Origin: Tubiluchus corallicola
Lineage: Eukaryota > Animalia > Priapulida
Direction of reading: 5' to 3'
Length of the DNA stretch: 64,000 nucleotides
NCBI GenBank assembly: GCA_030141605.1
Contig: JAQGDQ010000188.1
Span: 1-64,000, forward strand
Every line of letters starts with the position of its first letter. Position 1 is the first letter of the stretch. Positions 23,271 through 42,300 of the stretch are shown here, in pieces. The position numbers and the translations under genes were made by a program. The notes beneath the pieces are model-generated. The model ran no database searches and was not told where the DNA came from. It saw only the letters and a list, made by a program, of their open reading frames with translations.

Positions 23271-26200
23271 AAGAAGCTTCTTCGAAAAAGAAATTAAACG
23301 AATTACTGGTAAAAGATCTTAAAATTGAATTAGAAAAACGTAAACTTGATAGTAAAGGTGTTAAGAATGTTTTGTTACAGCGATTACAAAAGGCGGTAGA
23401 AGAAGAAGGCAAAAATGTTGAAGAATATCTGTTCGATGTCCGGGCAGCTACACCAAGTAAAATTGCAAGCTTTGAAGAGAAAGTATCGGTCGAAAATGGT
23501 AGTGTGGATGCAAGTGACACTCAAGCATTATATGAGGCGGTTCTTGGCGCTGGAGATGGTGAAATAGAGGGTGATTTTGGCGAAGATTTTGACAACGTAG
23601 ATGCTTTGGAAGCTAGCATAAACGAACAAGACGAGTCTGAACTTCTCGCAGATGCTGTAAATATATTAGTAGAAGAAGGTGAAAAAGTCGATATGGAAGA
23701 GAATGAAGTAAACCAAGATAAGAACACTACCAGGAAGAGCAGCTCAACAACTGCTGAGAATGCTGAAAATAAAGGTAAAATAGATAAGCCCACCTCGTTG
23801 GAAATAAGTGATAATTGGCCTTGTTTATTTTATGTTAAATTTTCACTAATTGTGAAAAAATACTTTAGGTGGTATCTTTACATTAACACCCAAATTGCAT
23901 TAGAACTTTAGATGCTGATTAGGCTGGCCAGTCGAAAGTAAACTCTGAAGAATTATTTTCAGATTAGCACGTCTATTATAAGCCTAGCAACAGTACTTAT
24001 TTTCTTCATGAGCACCTTTGTGATTAGTCACTTTATACTTTTTGTGATTTGAGTGTGTGTTGAAGAATGAGAATATTGTATGAGTCTGTACTTGCTTCTT
24101 TAGCTTTTATAATTAGGTCAGTATAGAGAGAACAGTCTTTGAATTCATATGGTGTTGGTCCATAAAAAACATCTTTGGTATGACTAGGTAGCACTCGTAT
24201 ATTTACAAGTGCTGCATTTGGGTTTGCAGGAATTATCTCAATCAAAAGTCTAGCCATCCTATTTACCCTTTGTTTTCTAGAAAATTGGTCCTAGTAGATG
24301 CTATATTTTTAAAAACAAACAAGTGAGCAAAAATACCAATCAATTATGCTGTCTAAGATATGAATAGTGTGTTTTAAGATTTCAGGGATGTAAATGGGGC
24401 TGCTGTTGGCTGCTCATCATATCTGGTACAGCAGGTAAAAACCACAAGTACGTGAAAGTAGTGACAACCATAGGTTTTTATATGTAGACATCAGTGTAGG
24501 TCTATACATTACATTTTCTGTAAATTTATCACATTTCATTTATAACAAAATAACTAATAATAATAATAGAGAAGACTGTCTGTAGGTAGATACATCCACC
24601 ATAGCTAAAATGATAAATTAGATAAAATAAATAGTCTAACAAGAACTTTTAATATACTACCATAGCTGGGCGGGGTTCATGCCATACATTGTTATTTAAT
24701 GCCACGCGAGTTTCACAATTAATTTATATTGGTTTTTGGTGCAATAGCAAAATTTTTATATGAAATTGTTCTGCATAAAGGCTGAGAGTACAGTATTCTG
24801 TGGGAGGATGGGTGTTTTAGTTACTCAAAGCTAAAACTTAGCCTTTGCATCTGATCATCAATTGATGTTGAGCCTTTTTCATTGCCAGTAAAAGTAGTAT
24901 GATCGTGGGCATCAATTGTTATTTGATTGATGTGCTTTTACACGTAATGTTAGTTTCTGCTTTTACGTGTACGCAAAATATTTTGAGAAGGACACATTGT
25001 TAATGGCCATTCAATAGCGTATTGGTTTCATTTAAAATAGATAGGCTATAAATGTATACGTGTGTTTGTGTAAAATCTTAATCATTTGCGTCATTAATGG
25101 ATCTTGTCGCTATATCTTCAGAGAAAAAATCAAATTGTCCTAAAAGTGCTTGACAGGAAGCTGCTACATGTTGTAATAAATCTTCATGGGCTTCGAAAAT
25201 GGATAACAAAAGACGGCGTATTACTTTTCATCTTACTAATCTGCTTGGCAGAATTTCTCAAGAATTGAAGTTGCACTGTGAATGCATTCGTCATTAATAT
25301 GTTAGCATAAGATGGCAAAGTTTGAAAGATTTGGCTCACAACTCACTAAAGTATTGACTGCCAATGAATTCTTCAAGCAATGATTTCTGACAACTTTGTG
25401 GAATGAAATGGGCTGAACTAGAAATGAGATAAACACATGTCCAACCTATCAGTCATAATTGTTGTAGTGACATTCCATGTCACCTACCTGTATGTACATC
25501 TTCATCTGCACTTCATCTTTTCAAAATGGAGTCGAGTGCCTCTTCAAGATCCAAGTTAACGAATTCCAGTGATTATGGCTTTCTTATGATGAAACATGAT
25601 TATTCTTTTTCGACATAACAATAACTTTCCTCACTCTCACACACGGCATTATTTTTTCCCATCTAAATCATTTATAACCAGTATGTGATTGCATGCTTGA
25701 TGTGGAATAAGATGCATAAAGCTTGTAGCTCAAGTGTAACAAGGGTCTGCGAGGGCTGCACCGATTACATATTACACTAAAATATTTTTGGTACTTTTTC
25801 AGTTTATATTATTTCACAAAATTTATTTACAATTGTGATTAACAGTATCATTTGCTGTTTAAAACTAAGGTGAGGAACACACCACGGAAGCTGAAAGCGA
25901 AGCTACTGAAGATGACGTTGCAAAACCATATACGGATAAAGTTGTTAGTGGTGAGGATTCATCTTTCGATGTTCACATTGTGGAAAATGATGAACTAGAT
26001 GCAGATTTGCTGAAAAATAGTGGCAAGGACGTAACCACTGAAGAACAGCCACCAGCAAGTAAAACTGATGCCATTAAAGGTGAGGCTGCAACTACTTGCG
26101 AGAAACCACCACAAGTTGTAAGCAAGAAACCCGATACCAATCAGAAGAGTGATAAAGTAGTTGAAAAGAAAGAAGTTTCAAAGCCTGTTTCTTCTCAAAA

Positions 26201-28247
26201 AGGAAAGCCAGCAGTGATGAAAGATGCAAAGGGATCAAACAAAAGCGATGAAAAGGATCAGAAAACTACCCAGTCATCCGGTAAAAACTTGTGGGTTAGC
26301 AGTCTTTCTCCTTCTACAAGAGCGACAGATTTGAAAGGAGTATTTAGCAAGCATGGCAAAGTGGTAGGCGCAAAAGTAGTCACAAGTGCTCGTACACCTG
26401 GAGCTCGCTGCTATGGTTTTGTCACCATGTCAACTCCAGAGGAAGCGACGAAATGCATACAGTATTTACACAGAACAGAATTGCACGGACGAATGATTAG
26501 TGTGGAACGTGCCAAAAATGATCCGGCTCCTCCAAAACGAGCAGATGGCTCAACTGCTGTAAAATCTGATGGTAAGACAGTACGTACTGCTACCATAAGA
26601 TCTGCAGCAGTTCGAAAACATGCTGAAAAAAGAACTTCAACAGATGCTAAGAAACATGATGTAAAGAAGGATGATAAGTCAGGCGAGAAGAACAAATCAG
26701 ACGATAAACCAAAAGATGCAGAAACTAAGGGAGAGAAAGAAAAAACTCAAGAAGAGAAAGACAAAGAAAGAAAAGAAAGGGAAAGGAGACGCTATCTTAG
26801 CTTAAAAAATATACAAATACAGAGGGCACGCGAGAAGGAAAGAGAAAGAGAACGAATGCAAAGACAGAGAGAACGACGACAAAGAATTGAAGCTGAACGA
26901 GAAAGGAGACGATTAATAGAAGTCGAGCGTCGTAATCGTGAAGAAGCTCGTCGCTTGAATGAAGAGCGTGAAAGACTAAGACTGGAAAGGGAGCGATTAG
27001 AAAGAGAAAAGATGGAGGCGGAACGCTTGGAACGTGAAAGAATCCGGTTGGAACGGGAGCGTCGAGAACGAGAAAGATTGGAACGTGAAAGGGATGCTGA
27101 GCAACGTCGCATTGCACAGTTGAGAGCTGCAAAGCTCGGGGCTGATGCTGCTCAGCCACGATCAAGATACGAGGACCGTAGAGGACTGAAACGGTCACTC
27201 GATCAACGAGATTCGTTTGCCGACCGAAAGAGACCCAATTTGACTCCGGGTGGACAGATAGGTAGTGCAGGCTCCTTTCCTGTGCCAGAGGGTAGATTCA
27301 ATGATTTTGATCATCGTTCACAGGCTGCCCCCGTAGATAGCTTTGAGAGGAGAGTTGAAAGGTACGACCGAAGAGAGGGTAAAGTAACAAGCACTGGACG
27401 ACCCGAAGCTCGCAGGGACCATGTTAGAGAAGTGGTACGTCGAGACGTTTCTTCTCGTGATCGTGATGAAAGAAGAGTTGATGCTCGAAGAAATGCACCG
27501 TCTGGTACTGTTGCCTCTAGTGGGCACAGATTCGAGAGGCCCCGCGACGCTGATGCACATGGCAAAGATAGGGCGCCGCATAGAGACAGAGAACGAGCCG
27601 GCAAGGAAACCAGAGATGTTCCACGTCGTGAAGAAGTGGTTCGTTCAAGCCGCGACCATCCTCGAGAAGTTAACAGAACGGCTCATCCACGTAACGGAGC
27701 ACCATCAAGCAGAAGTGGCAAACCGAGTGCAAGAGAAGATACGCGCCGAGAGTGGAAATCTGAACGAGGTCACATTCAGTCTGCAGTGAGAAGATCTGAT
27801 CGTTATGATAGCAAACCTAGTGGAAGCTCTCGTGCCCCAGTTGATAACCGGTATGAAGCACGCACTAGTGGCAACAGTTACCGAGATTCTGGTCCAAAAC
27901 AATATGTATCAGGTTCAGGTAGCGGAGGAGGCGGTGGAGGCGTACCAGCTGTGATGAGTGGTGCCATGTCTGGACACGGAGTCAGTCGAGATCAGTTTCC
28001 GGCTGGAGGACAGCCGCAGCAGGCTGGAGGCAGATGGCCTGATAGAGGGTCTGGTCCAATCCAAGTGAATCAGGCACCAATGATGGCTCCACCTACCGGA
28101 AACGTGTATTTGCAGGCCGTTCCTGGAGCAGCTGCACCGATGGCTGGTTTTATCCCCAACATTGGACAAGCATTTGCAAACAGCCGCCGTGGACCGGACA
28201 TGTACGATGCTTACAAAACTCTAAATGCCACCAGCAGAAGGTTTTAA
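23261..28247 (+). CDS. SAFB: Scaffold attachment factor B / SLTM family protein, 2 coding exons, ~963 aa
   Basis: Exon 23261..23774 encodes a SAP domain ([31 protein letters not shown]) and an acidic region. Exon 25870..28247 encodes an RRM ([48 protein letters not shown]), an R/E coiled coil and an R/G-rich tail. The phase-1 junction is compatible. Confidence 0.92.
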
Positions 28248-28741
28248 ATTTTGTTTTCTACGACTGAATAGTCTGTTTGTAGGTTAGGCTCCGGCTGCTA
28301 AAACAAAATAATCTACATCTTGAATTGTCGTACATGGCAAGCATTCTTTAGTAGTTAGAGTTGTGTTGAAATTTGATTGTTGTGCTGAATTTGTTCATTT
28401 GACTATTTGAAGCTTGTGACATTTTGAAATTCTTTTTTACTTAAAACATGTTTACGTAAGTATTAGTGATTTTTAGCCTTCGTCCGCAATACGTAAGTGA
28501 CTTGTATCGACTCTTGAATAGTGAAATTGAGAATCTATGAGAACTTGTGTTTAAGTTTGGGCAATAACGCACACACGACAAACTTTACACGTTTTCGTTA
28601 CATGCTGAGAGTCTTAATTTTTATTATTCTTTGTGTAATAAACTTAAAAATGCCAAATGTACATGACAAAATGTAATTTAAATACCCAAACCAACTCATT
28701 TCAGTTTGCAGTCAGTCAATCCCTAAAATTTAAAATCTTAA

Positions 28742-29134
28742 CCCTTTCATACCCGTTGTATCCCGTGGGATACGAGAATATTTTCTGCCTTCAAATATAA
28801 TAAAATTTTAAAACTGACAGTTATTTGATCTGTTAATAGTTATTTTGATTTAAGCCAATAACAATAGACTAAAAATGGTGGTAAAATGGCGAACTAGAAA
28901 ATCTACATAGCATAAAAAACTGCGCAAGGTACAGTACTTTAGAGGTGATTTAGTTGCAAAGTGAAGCACATTTTATGCTTCCATTGAATACCAATGTATC
29001 CCGTGTGATACAGGCTATATTTAGCACGCAGGCACAGGTAGAAAAAAATTATGTGTAAACAAGATGGACATTCTGAACAAAAGTACTAAATCAAAAAAAA
29101 ATTTCTTATAAAAAATAATTTGGGACTGAAAGGG
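28742..29134. mobile_element. piggyBac-type MITE downstream of SAFB
   Basis: TTAA|CCCTTTCATACCC ... GGGACTGAAAGGG|TTAA. Internal palindrome GTATCCCGTGGGATAC, repeated in variant form. Confidence 0.8.
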
Positions 29135-31927
29135 TTAAAAGTTTTCATCACGTTAAATATTAAGTAATTGCAAATGATTTACCAGAATTGAGCAGAGCAT
29201 TGCAGTAAGGTGGCTGGGTAATCAAGCACATATAATATTTTATTAGATTTACAGTTTTAGAAATTTCTTTGAATAAAAATTTAACGTGTAAGACTTTATA
29301 GTGTCTCTTTCCCAGATGCATATTTATATATTGTGTTTACTGTTGTATATATTTTTGTGATACTGTTATAGTGTAATAAAGCATAGTAACATGATAACTT
29401 CACTATGCCACTCATGCCGGTGGTAGGCGTCAGGTCAAGGGCTTTTAAGGAGTTGAAAGCATGAATGAGCAGTACATTTAATCAAGTCTTAAAAGAAGTG
29501 CAACATCTGCTGTTTACAAAGTACTTGTAATTTTATGAATGTCAAATTTTGACACTGTTTTACACTGTAGCACTTAGGCTAACTGAATTCTAACGTATCG
29601 TAATTTGGAATTTTTGTAATCTGCACTTTGTGAGTCACAAAATTTTTCAAATTTAGAAATTTTCTCTTACTACGAAGTTGTAACAGGAATTGGAATAAGT
29701 TGTAGATGTTAGGAAAAATCGTTAGGCCAGCTCATGCGCATGTCACTTTGTACTTTTGTAATTTAGCTCTGATCTGTTGAAAGATTATTGAATTGGTTCA
29801 CTTTAAATTTGTTTTAAATAAGTATTGTCTATTAATTAGTGTTTACAGACTTCAAATAAATAGTTTGTCAGTGTGTAAATAGTTTTGTTTATGACTGCAC
29901 TACTTCTTGAAAATCTATAGTGTTTGACACCCTGTTTTTAATAACTAACGTCTTTCTAACCACGTAACTAAAGAAGAGCCTTACAGGGGAATCAGGATTA
30001 ATAAGTTCAGACTCCCCCTAGTTTATTAGCGTTGTTCTTAATCGCCTTAAAATGCATAAGATGGTAAAAATAGAAAAATACAATGACCCACTAATGTTGA
30101 ACTACCAAATGACTACATCTCTGGCAACAAGAATTGTCTGGAAGACGTACAGAGGGCACTATGGCATCATATTAGGCTTCGTCATGTTCATGTGTTTGTC
30201 TGGAGGAATTCATTAGATCCAGTGGATTAACGTTAGAATAATGAATAATCATCTACTGTATGTATTTGCTGTCTCGTCTTTCAAACTTATGCTTTGCACA
30301 TGTTTCTAAAACTTGGAAACTGCTGACATATACTGTTAACCATCGAAAAAAGAGACATTTTCCCGATTCAAGAAGAGATGTTCGATATCTGATGACAGGG
30401 CATGTGCATGGCTAATAAAATACTGTCCTAGGCAGAGATTCAGGTAAGGTAAGCAACGTGCAAAGTTTAGTTTAAGTTGGGTACATTGATTCTATGAATA
30501 ATGTGTGAAAGTTGCAAAAGTTTATCACAGGTAAATTTGCACGATCAGGAGAATTAGTCGTAGCTCTTTTCTCATCAGTGATGCCAAAAAGAGAGGGATA
30601 TTATCTTTGTCGTTTACGAGTTTTCTACGAGTGCATCACATGACCCGGACGCAAAGCGATGCTCATCAAAATCGATGATGTCTGGTGCGGGAGAAAATTT
30701 CAATCTTCCACAAAGATGATGTTCATTGCTGTTCGTCTTCCAAGGATGAAATGAAATTGGCTGGGCCTGCCGAAAATGGGAAGAACACATAGGTAATATG
30801 GCATAATTACTGCAAACCTAGAACATTTCATGTAGATGGATTCGAGCTTGATGTTTCAGCTTAAATGTTGTAAATTGTTTCTTTGCTGTATGTCTAGTTG
30901 CTTGCATTTCATCCTAATACACGATTATTCAAATTTATTAGGATTTGTAAAATCTAGCATACGAAGATCTGGACGTCTGATAGAGTTACTCGTCTAGTTT
31001 GCAACGAAGCACACAGGCTACAGTTTACCGAGAGACAAAGACGAAAGACGACGATGATGATGGTGGTGATGGTGACGATGCTAAACTGTATATGCAGCCA
31101 TAATACATTGGTGAGAAGTTGGACATTGGATAGTTGATGCCGCTGAAGTCTTGTAACTTTTTGTTAGCTGGTAACCTGGTATCATGGAATACCAGGTAAG
31201 TGCATCAACTGGGACTCATCATGGAAACCACCGGAGAATCAGTTGTAAGCAAAGTGATACAGACGACAAGACAGATTGGAAGTCTCGAAGCACGACTCAT
31301 CTCTCGGAGGCAACCAGCAGAGAAAGTTTGATATTCTTACATAAATTCATAGTTGCCTTGTCTCTTTTACTGACTCTTATGCTGACATCTCAAACCCATT
31401 TCTGAAATTTGACTATTGGGTTAAAAGATAGTTTGAAATCCTCGAACACGACGTGGCTGAATCATTTGATTTAGCCATATGAGTGTTTCGAAATGTTAAA
31501 GAAGCAGAGTGTAAAATACTGGAAAAGTAGTCCCCTCTGATTACCGTGTCCAGTTAGACTTGGTTATTTGTTCTGTGTTTTCCTTAGCAAGCTTGAAACT
31601 CATTCAGTTATACTTAAACCAAAATGAAAGTCTCAAACGCTTAATAATCTTAAACAGAAAGTTCTTTTTTCATTATTTAAAATGAAACTCATTTATCTGT
31701 GTCAAGCATTGTATGGAAATCTTTTATTTACCATACATATGTGTTTATATAAAGTATTTGACCTGGTTTCATCATGGATGTTGCATATGTGCATGATGAT
31801 CTTATATGTAAATAAGCATTTCCTGTTCACACTCTGCATTGTGTATTTCCTACTACTGCTGTCACTGATCCTATGACTTACTTTACAGGTTGTTTGTGTA
31901 AAAGTTTTCTAGCATCTAGATGGAGCC

Positions 31928-36678
<4,751 letters not shown>

Positions 36679-36787
36679 ATTGCTGGAATTTGGTGCCAGT
36701 TGTTAGAATGTTATTTAAATCATTTTAGTTGTGCAGTTAGCTGACTCAACAAGTTTTGTTAAGCGAGTTAAGCATATGAAAGTTTTA

Positions 36788-37526
36788 TAAGCAAATTGGG
36801 TACCTGAAGACTGACTACTGTAAGCTGATTGAGCAAGCATCATTAAGAAAGTTGAGTACCTAAAGATTGACTACTGTAAGCTGATTGATCAAGCGTCATT
36901 AAGAAAGTTGAGTACCTGAACATTTACTACTGTAAGCTGATTGAGCAAGCATCATTAAGAAAGTTGAATACATGAAGACTGACTACTGTAAGCTGATTGA
37001 GCAAGCATCATTAAGAAAGTTGAGTAACTGAAGATTGAGTACTGTAAGCTGATTGAACAAGCATCATTAAAAAAGTTGAGTACCTGAAGACTGACTATTT
37101 TAAGCTGATTGAGCTAGCATCATTAAGCAAGTTGAGTACCTGAAGACTGACTACTGTAAGCTGATTGAGCAAGCATCATTAAGCAAGTTGAGTACCTGAA
37201 GACTGACTACTGTAAGCTGATTGAGCAAGCATCATTAAGCAAGTTGAGTACCTGAAGACTGACTACTGTAAGCTGATTGAGCAAGCATCATTAAGAAAGT
37301 TGAGTACCTGAAGACTGACTATTTTAAGCTGATTGAGCAAGCACATTAAGAAAGTTGAATACATGAAGACTGACTACTGTAAGCTGATTGAGCAAGCATC
37401 ATTAAGCAAGTTGAGTACCTGAAGGCTGACTACTGTAAGCTGATTGAGCAAGCATCATTAAGAAAGTTGAGTACCTGAAGACTGACTACTGTAAGCTGAT
37501 TGAGCAAGCATCATTAAGAAAGTTGA
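36788..37526. repeat. 56-bp minisatellite, ~13 copies (AAGTTGAGTACCTGAAGACTGACTACTGTAAGCTGATTGAGCAAGCATCATTAAGA)
   Basis: Tandem units are visible directly in the DUSP 3' region. Confidence 0.95.
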
Positions 37527-39373
37527 AAATTGCTGTTATTGCTGAATATTGTTATCAGCAGGGAAACTACACTATAGCAAGTATCACTTCCATTTGACTA
37601 AACAGAAGTTTCTTTGTGTAAAGCAAGGTTAAAATCCAGATTCGTAATTGCACTAGATTGTAATTTGTCATTTTACTACATTTAACTCAGTAAGCCTGTT
37701 CATCTCGTTTTATCATCAACAGATCAGTGATTGCGTGTAATTATTTGTGTGACCTTGACTGGCTTTATTATTGTGCACATTTGTAAATTATACTTCCCAT
37801 GATAGAGTTTGTACATTTAAATTACATACATGATAGAGTTTGTATTTAAATTAAATAAGTTTACTTCAGACATATTTATAAAGACATGCAAGTGATTTTT
37901 ATTGAAATCTTAATATTTAGTCTTTGTTCTATTCTTATGGCTGTAACCGCTATAATTGTGTCATTAAAAAATGATAAGCTGTTGTAATCTTTTCAAATTA
38001 CATAAAAAATCGTACTTTATTTAACACTGTTTGAAAATGTATGAAAATATTGTTCATAGTATATAAACTGCTTATGTGAATAGTACAGTGTTCAAGAGCT
38101 ATGTGATATAAAGGCACCTGTATTATGACCACTGTGTTCAATTGCCAGGCTATTTTATGCATTGGAATAATAATATTATTATGATATTTAATAGTGCCAA
38201 GTAGGTCTAGTTATTTTAGATCTTTTTGAAATGTTGAGACTTGTTTTTTTTATTGTTACTATTAAATTGTTATTATTAGTATTACTGCAATGATTTTATT
38301 TTGGAAATTGTATGTTTCTATAATAATAAACAGTCTCTTGTCGTTTATTCTGCTTTTTGACTGGTTACTTTAATAGCTATGTTTATGGCATTATGGTGCT
38401 ACCACATATGACTTTATTATTAGAACTTTATATAGTTTTAATGAGACAGTGCGTAATGAGAGAGGAATGTAATATTGCTAATAAACTCGGACAGTCGGCT
38501 ACAAAAACAAAGGTATTTCAAAAATTTTGTAATGAATTTTTGATAAAAGACAAATGGTGTTATATTAGCTGTTTTCTACATTTTTGCTCGGAACGTTGCA
38601 AAAGTATTAAAGTTGCATTGTGGACTGTGGAGTAATCTTAAAAAATATCAGTAGTTTTCCATGTGTCTGTGGTAAAACTTTGAGAAAAAGAATAACGATG
38701 ACTACGAACAAATTCACAGCATTTGTGAATCAGAAATGAGGAATATTGGCTGCATCTTCGATGGAAGTAGAGGTAAAGAAATGGTTATAATGTAACAGCT
38801 TGAATATCAGTCGCTTTGAAACATTGCTTTTTTTTCAAAAATACCTCAAAAAATTCTAAGGCTTTCATATTGACTTGCTTGATATTAGTAGAAGTTTTAA
38901 CATTATATAAGCCTACAACCATTAGTAATAATTACACTTCCATCATAATTATAGTGAAATGACGGCAATGCTTGAAACTTTTTTGTAGCTTAACTGTCGC
39001 TTTGAACTTATGATTGCTGTGTAATTTCTTTAAAAAAAGTTAAATCAACAAAGTTTATAAAAAATTATCTGTTCTAATCTTTGATTGGGAACAATAATGA
39101 TAATTGTTAGTGAAAAAATATATTAATGCTTTGGCTAGTTGAGTAGTAGTGCCACAAGCAGTCGTTATTGCAGTCATTGAGTTCAAGTCGTGGATGCTAA
39201 CGCTTTAAAGCGGTGCGTGTTTCCGTAGAATTTCAATCTTCTATGATTTGCCGACTCTGAGAATGCGCTTATAACTTGATTTATGACTTCAATCAAAATT
39301 ATGATTCGAATTCGATTATTTTGAAGTAAATTTTGTTGTATGCTTAGTGCTCTTGTACTTAGCCAAGGGCCCA

Positions 39374-42300
39374 ATGCAGGCCAAAAAGCGCTATATACTT
39401 GTAATCATATGTTGTGTGTTTCTGTTAATCTGTTATTTTGGCTCATATTTGTTCAAAAAAGATGGCACGGTGTTTAGTAACGTTAACAGCAGAAAACTTT
39501 CATTTATCAACTCGAAAGATCTCATACTTGAAAATCAGTCTTTTTTGTCGCCTAAGAAAAGGAGCGAGAAAGAAAACATCGTGTATAAAAACAGATACTG
39601 TAGGATGGAGACTTGCTTTAACTTTTCCAAATGTAGCAAAGGATTTAAAGTCTATACATATCCGCTGAGGACAAAAGTGTCGGAAAATTACCAAAAAGTT
39701 ATTGGTGCCATACAAGATTCCAGATATTACACCGACAATCCTGAGGAGGCTTGTGTGTTTGTTCTTGCAGTAGACACATTAGATCGTGATATACTTAGTC
39801 CAGATTATGTGAAAAAGGTGGAAGGTGCTATTTATTCAACTAAATTATGGAACAGCGGTGTAAACCACATAATATTCAATCTGTACTCAGGCACATTTCC
39901 AGACTATACAGAAGATTTAGGGTTTGATATAGGCCAAGCAATTTTAGCCAAAGCTAGCATATCACAGTCAAATTTTCGACCAAAGTTTGATATTTCTATT
40001 CCATTATTCCACAAATCTCATCCGGAAAGAGGTGAAGAAAAGAGGTACCTGTATGCAAATAACTTTCCTGTAGCAAAAAAGTATTTATTGGTGTTTAAAG
40101 GGAAGCGCTACTTATATGGCCTAGGATCTGATACGCGGAATTCGCTCTTCCATTTGCACAATGAAAAAGACATTATTCTGGTTACGACTTGCAAACATGG
40201 AAAGCAGTGGATGCAGATAAAAGATTCTCGCTGTGATTCGGATCAGGTTCAATTTGAGAAGTATGCTAGTCTTGTTCTTTAAACTCTAGATTATCGTACA
40301 ATATGCCTTGTTTAATAACTCCATTTTGGTGCAAAGATAAATAGATTTATTAAGCGGCACCAGAGTGTGAGTAGCATTTTTTTAGTTTCCACAGTAGGTA
40401 TTGTTTATTTATTTATGAAGCCAATACTCTTAGCACTTGGCAAGCTGCTACCGAAAAGTTTTTTAGTAAAGTTCAATAATTTAGTAGCGTACGTATGATC
40501 AAAGTAACTTGCATAAAGTATGTATTGTTTATCTATGATGCCAATGCTGTTTATATGTGAAAAGAGTTTGTCAAATTAAAAAAAATGCAATATATATGTA
40601 ACTTTAATATAAACAATGATTCACTACGCATTTATTTGAGTCATTGACGTTCTCACTTACAATAATTTATTAGGAAGAATTAGCACATTAGTTTAATCTA
40701 ATTAGAATACTATACCCCTCATCTTGTGCTTGACTGATACTTCTGCATTGTAACATGTAATTAAAACCAAAAAAGACAAAGAATTAAGCAGAAAAAATGC
40801 AAAAGTGTGAAACGTGTATAGAAGAAAGACGCTGATCTGGGTGATTGTTTTTAACCAAACCATTGAGATCAGTTTTCGACATGATACATCTGGTGAAAAA
40901 CTGCTTGGTTTTTGTGAAAAGATGAATACATGTTTGCCACCTTAAATTTCTGAGAATTTTGTGGTTAGTTGTTTTTTATTCTACAGCTGCACATTTTGTT
41001 CACGTTTTAACAACAAGTGTTAGAGTAATACAAGTGCTATATTTGTTAAAATATCTTAAAGTATTAAATTAATTGAAGCAAATCAAGTTTTATCACTCAG
41101 TCGGGAAGGTTCAGTTGTTGCAAAATTACACATTGACTTATTAACTCCTATATTTATTGAGTAAAAGTATCTTTAATCAGGGAAAGAAAGTGATACTGGT
41201 GCAGAATTACAAAACTCTAACCCAGTTACTCGATTTCTATATTATTTCATAATAACAGGTTGAACAAGAAAATTTGCATATAGGCATTGTCAATCCAGAT
41301 TGCTGTGCAAATCAAACCGGAGTTACCAGCACTCTGTATGTAATGTTTCATTGAGGTCAAGAACATGCCACTCAATACGTTGGGTTTATTTCACTGTTAT
41401 CATGTAAACTTAGAAAAATATAACAAGGAAATTTGCAAAAAAACCTTAGATAAAGCTTAAATTTAAAACATACTACCTCTGAATAGAATACTTCTTCGGG
41501 TGTGGTGGTTGCCGCCATTCGTTTGAAAATTGTGACGTGACTGCGAGACTTCGTGACTTTTTGTAGGCGCATCGTGGCTTTCCGTGAGCGTGCGCTGCTT
41601 ATACCATTTCAAACTTCTACAGCTTACCTAATGTTCATGCAAAGATGTTACAAAATCAGCTATCTAATGTTTCTCTGAAAACTTATCATACTTTTGACGA
41701 AGATTGACAGTGCGCTACTTTTCTTCAGAACGAATGACGTCATTGGAAGAAGAATGGGCGTTGAAAAATAGGAGCGCCCAAGCATGAAGTGATCGCAACT
41801 TTAAAGTGACTTTACTGATTACACGAGGCGCTTATTGCAGTTTTTTCACAAAATTCTGCTAAAATTTTTTGCAAACATAGAAATAAGCCTTGCCTGCTAG
41901 AAGGTTTGGCTCTTCATTTAAAGAAGACAGCGATGAGTATTTTCTCAATTTTTGGTTTCATTTAGGTACTGTATATATACAATTAGACAATACTATTGTA
42001 ACCATTAATCAAATAGTTAAACAAATCGAACGGGCTACGTGGTAATGTACATTGTATAAACTACATAAAAAAACTACATAAACACTTACACTTTATAAAT
42101 ATTGCAGGTATGACTATCAAGTGTTGATGCTGAACTCCACGTTTTGTCTGGTACCCCGAGGACGTAGACTCGGGTCATTTCGTTTCCTGGAAGCGCTACA
42201 GTACGCTTGTGTACCTGTACTACTCAGTAATGATTGGGAATTGCCATTCTCAGAGGTTATTGATTGGAATAAAGCTGTTATCTGGGCCGATGAACGGCTC

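Noticed and set aside
25140-25640. Possible hAT transposase C-terminal remnant in the SAFB intron
   Set aside because: Too degenerate (multiple stops and frameshifts) to support without an HMM search.
26411-28169. Several antisense and alternate-frame ORFs over SAFB
   Set aside because: Shadow ORFs from the biased R/E/G codon composition of the real gene.
36788-37526. Hammerhead ribozyme in the 56-bp unit (CTGAAGA ... GAAA)
   Set aside because: No stem II can form between CTGAAGA and GAAA, and the flanking stems are absent.
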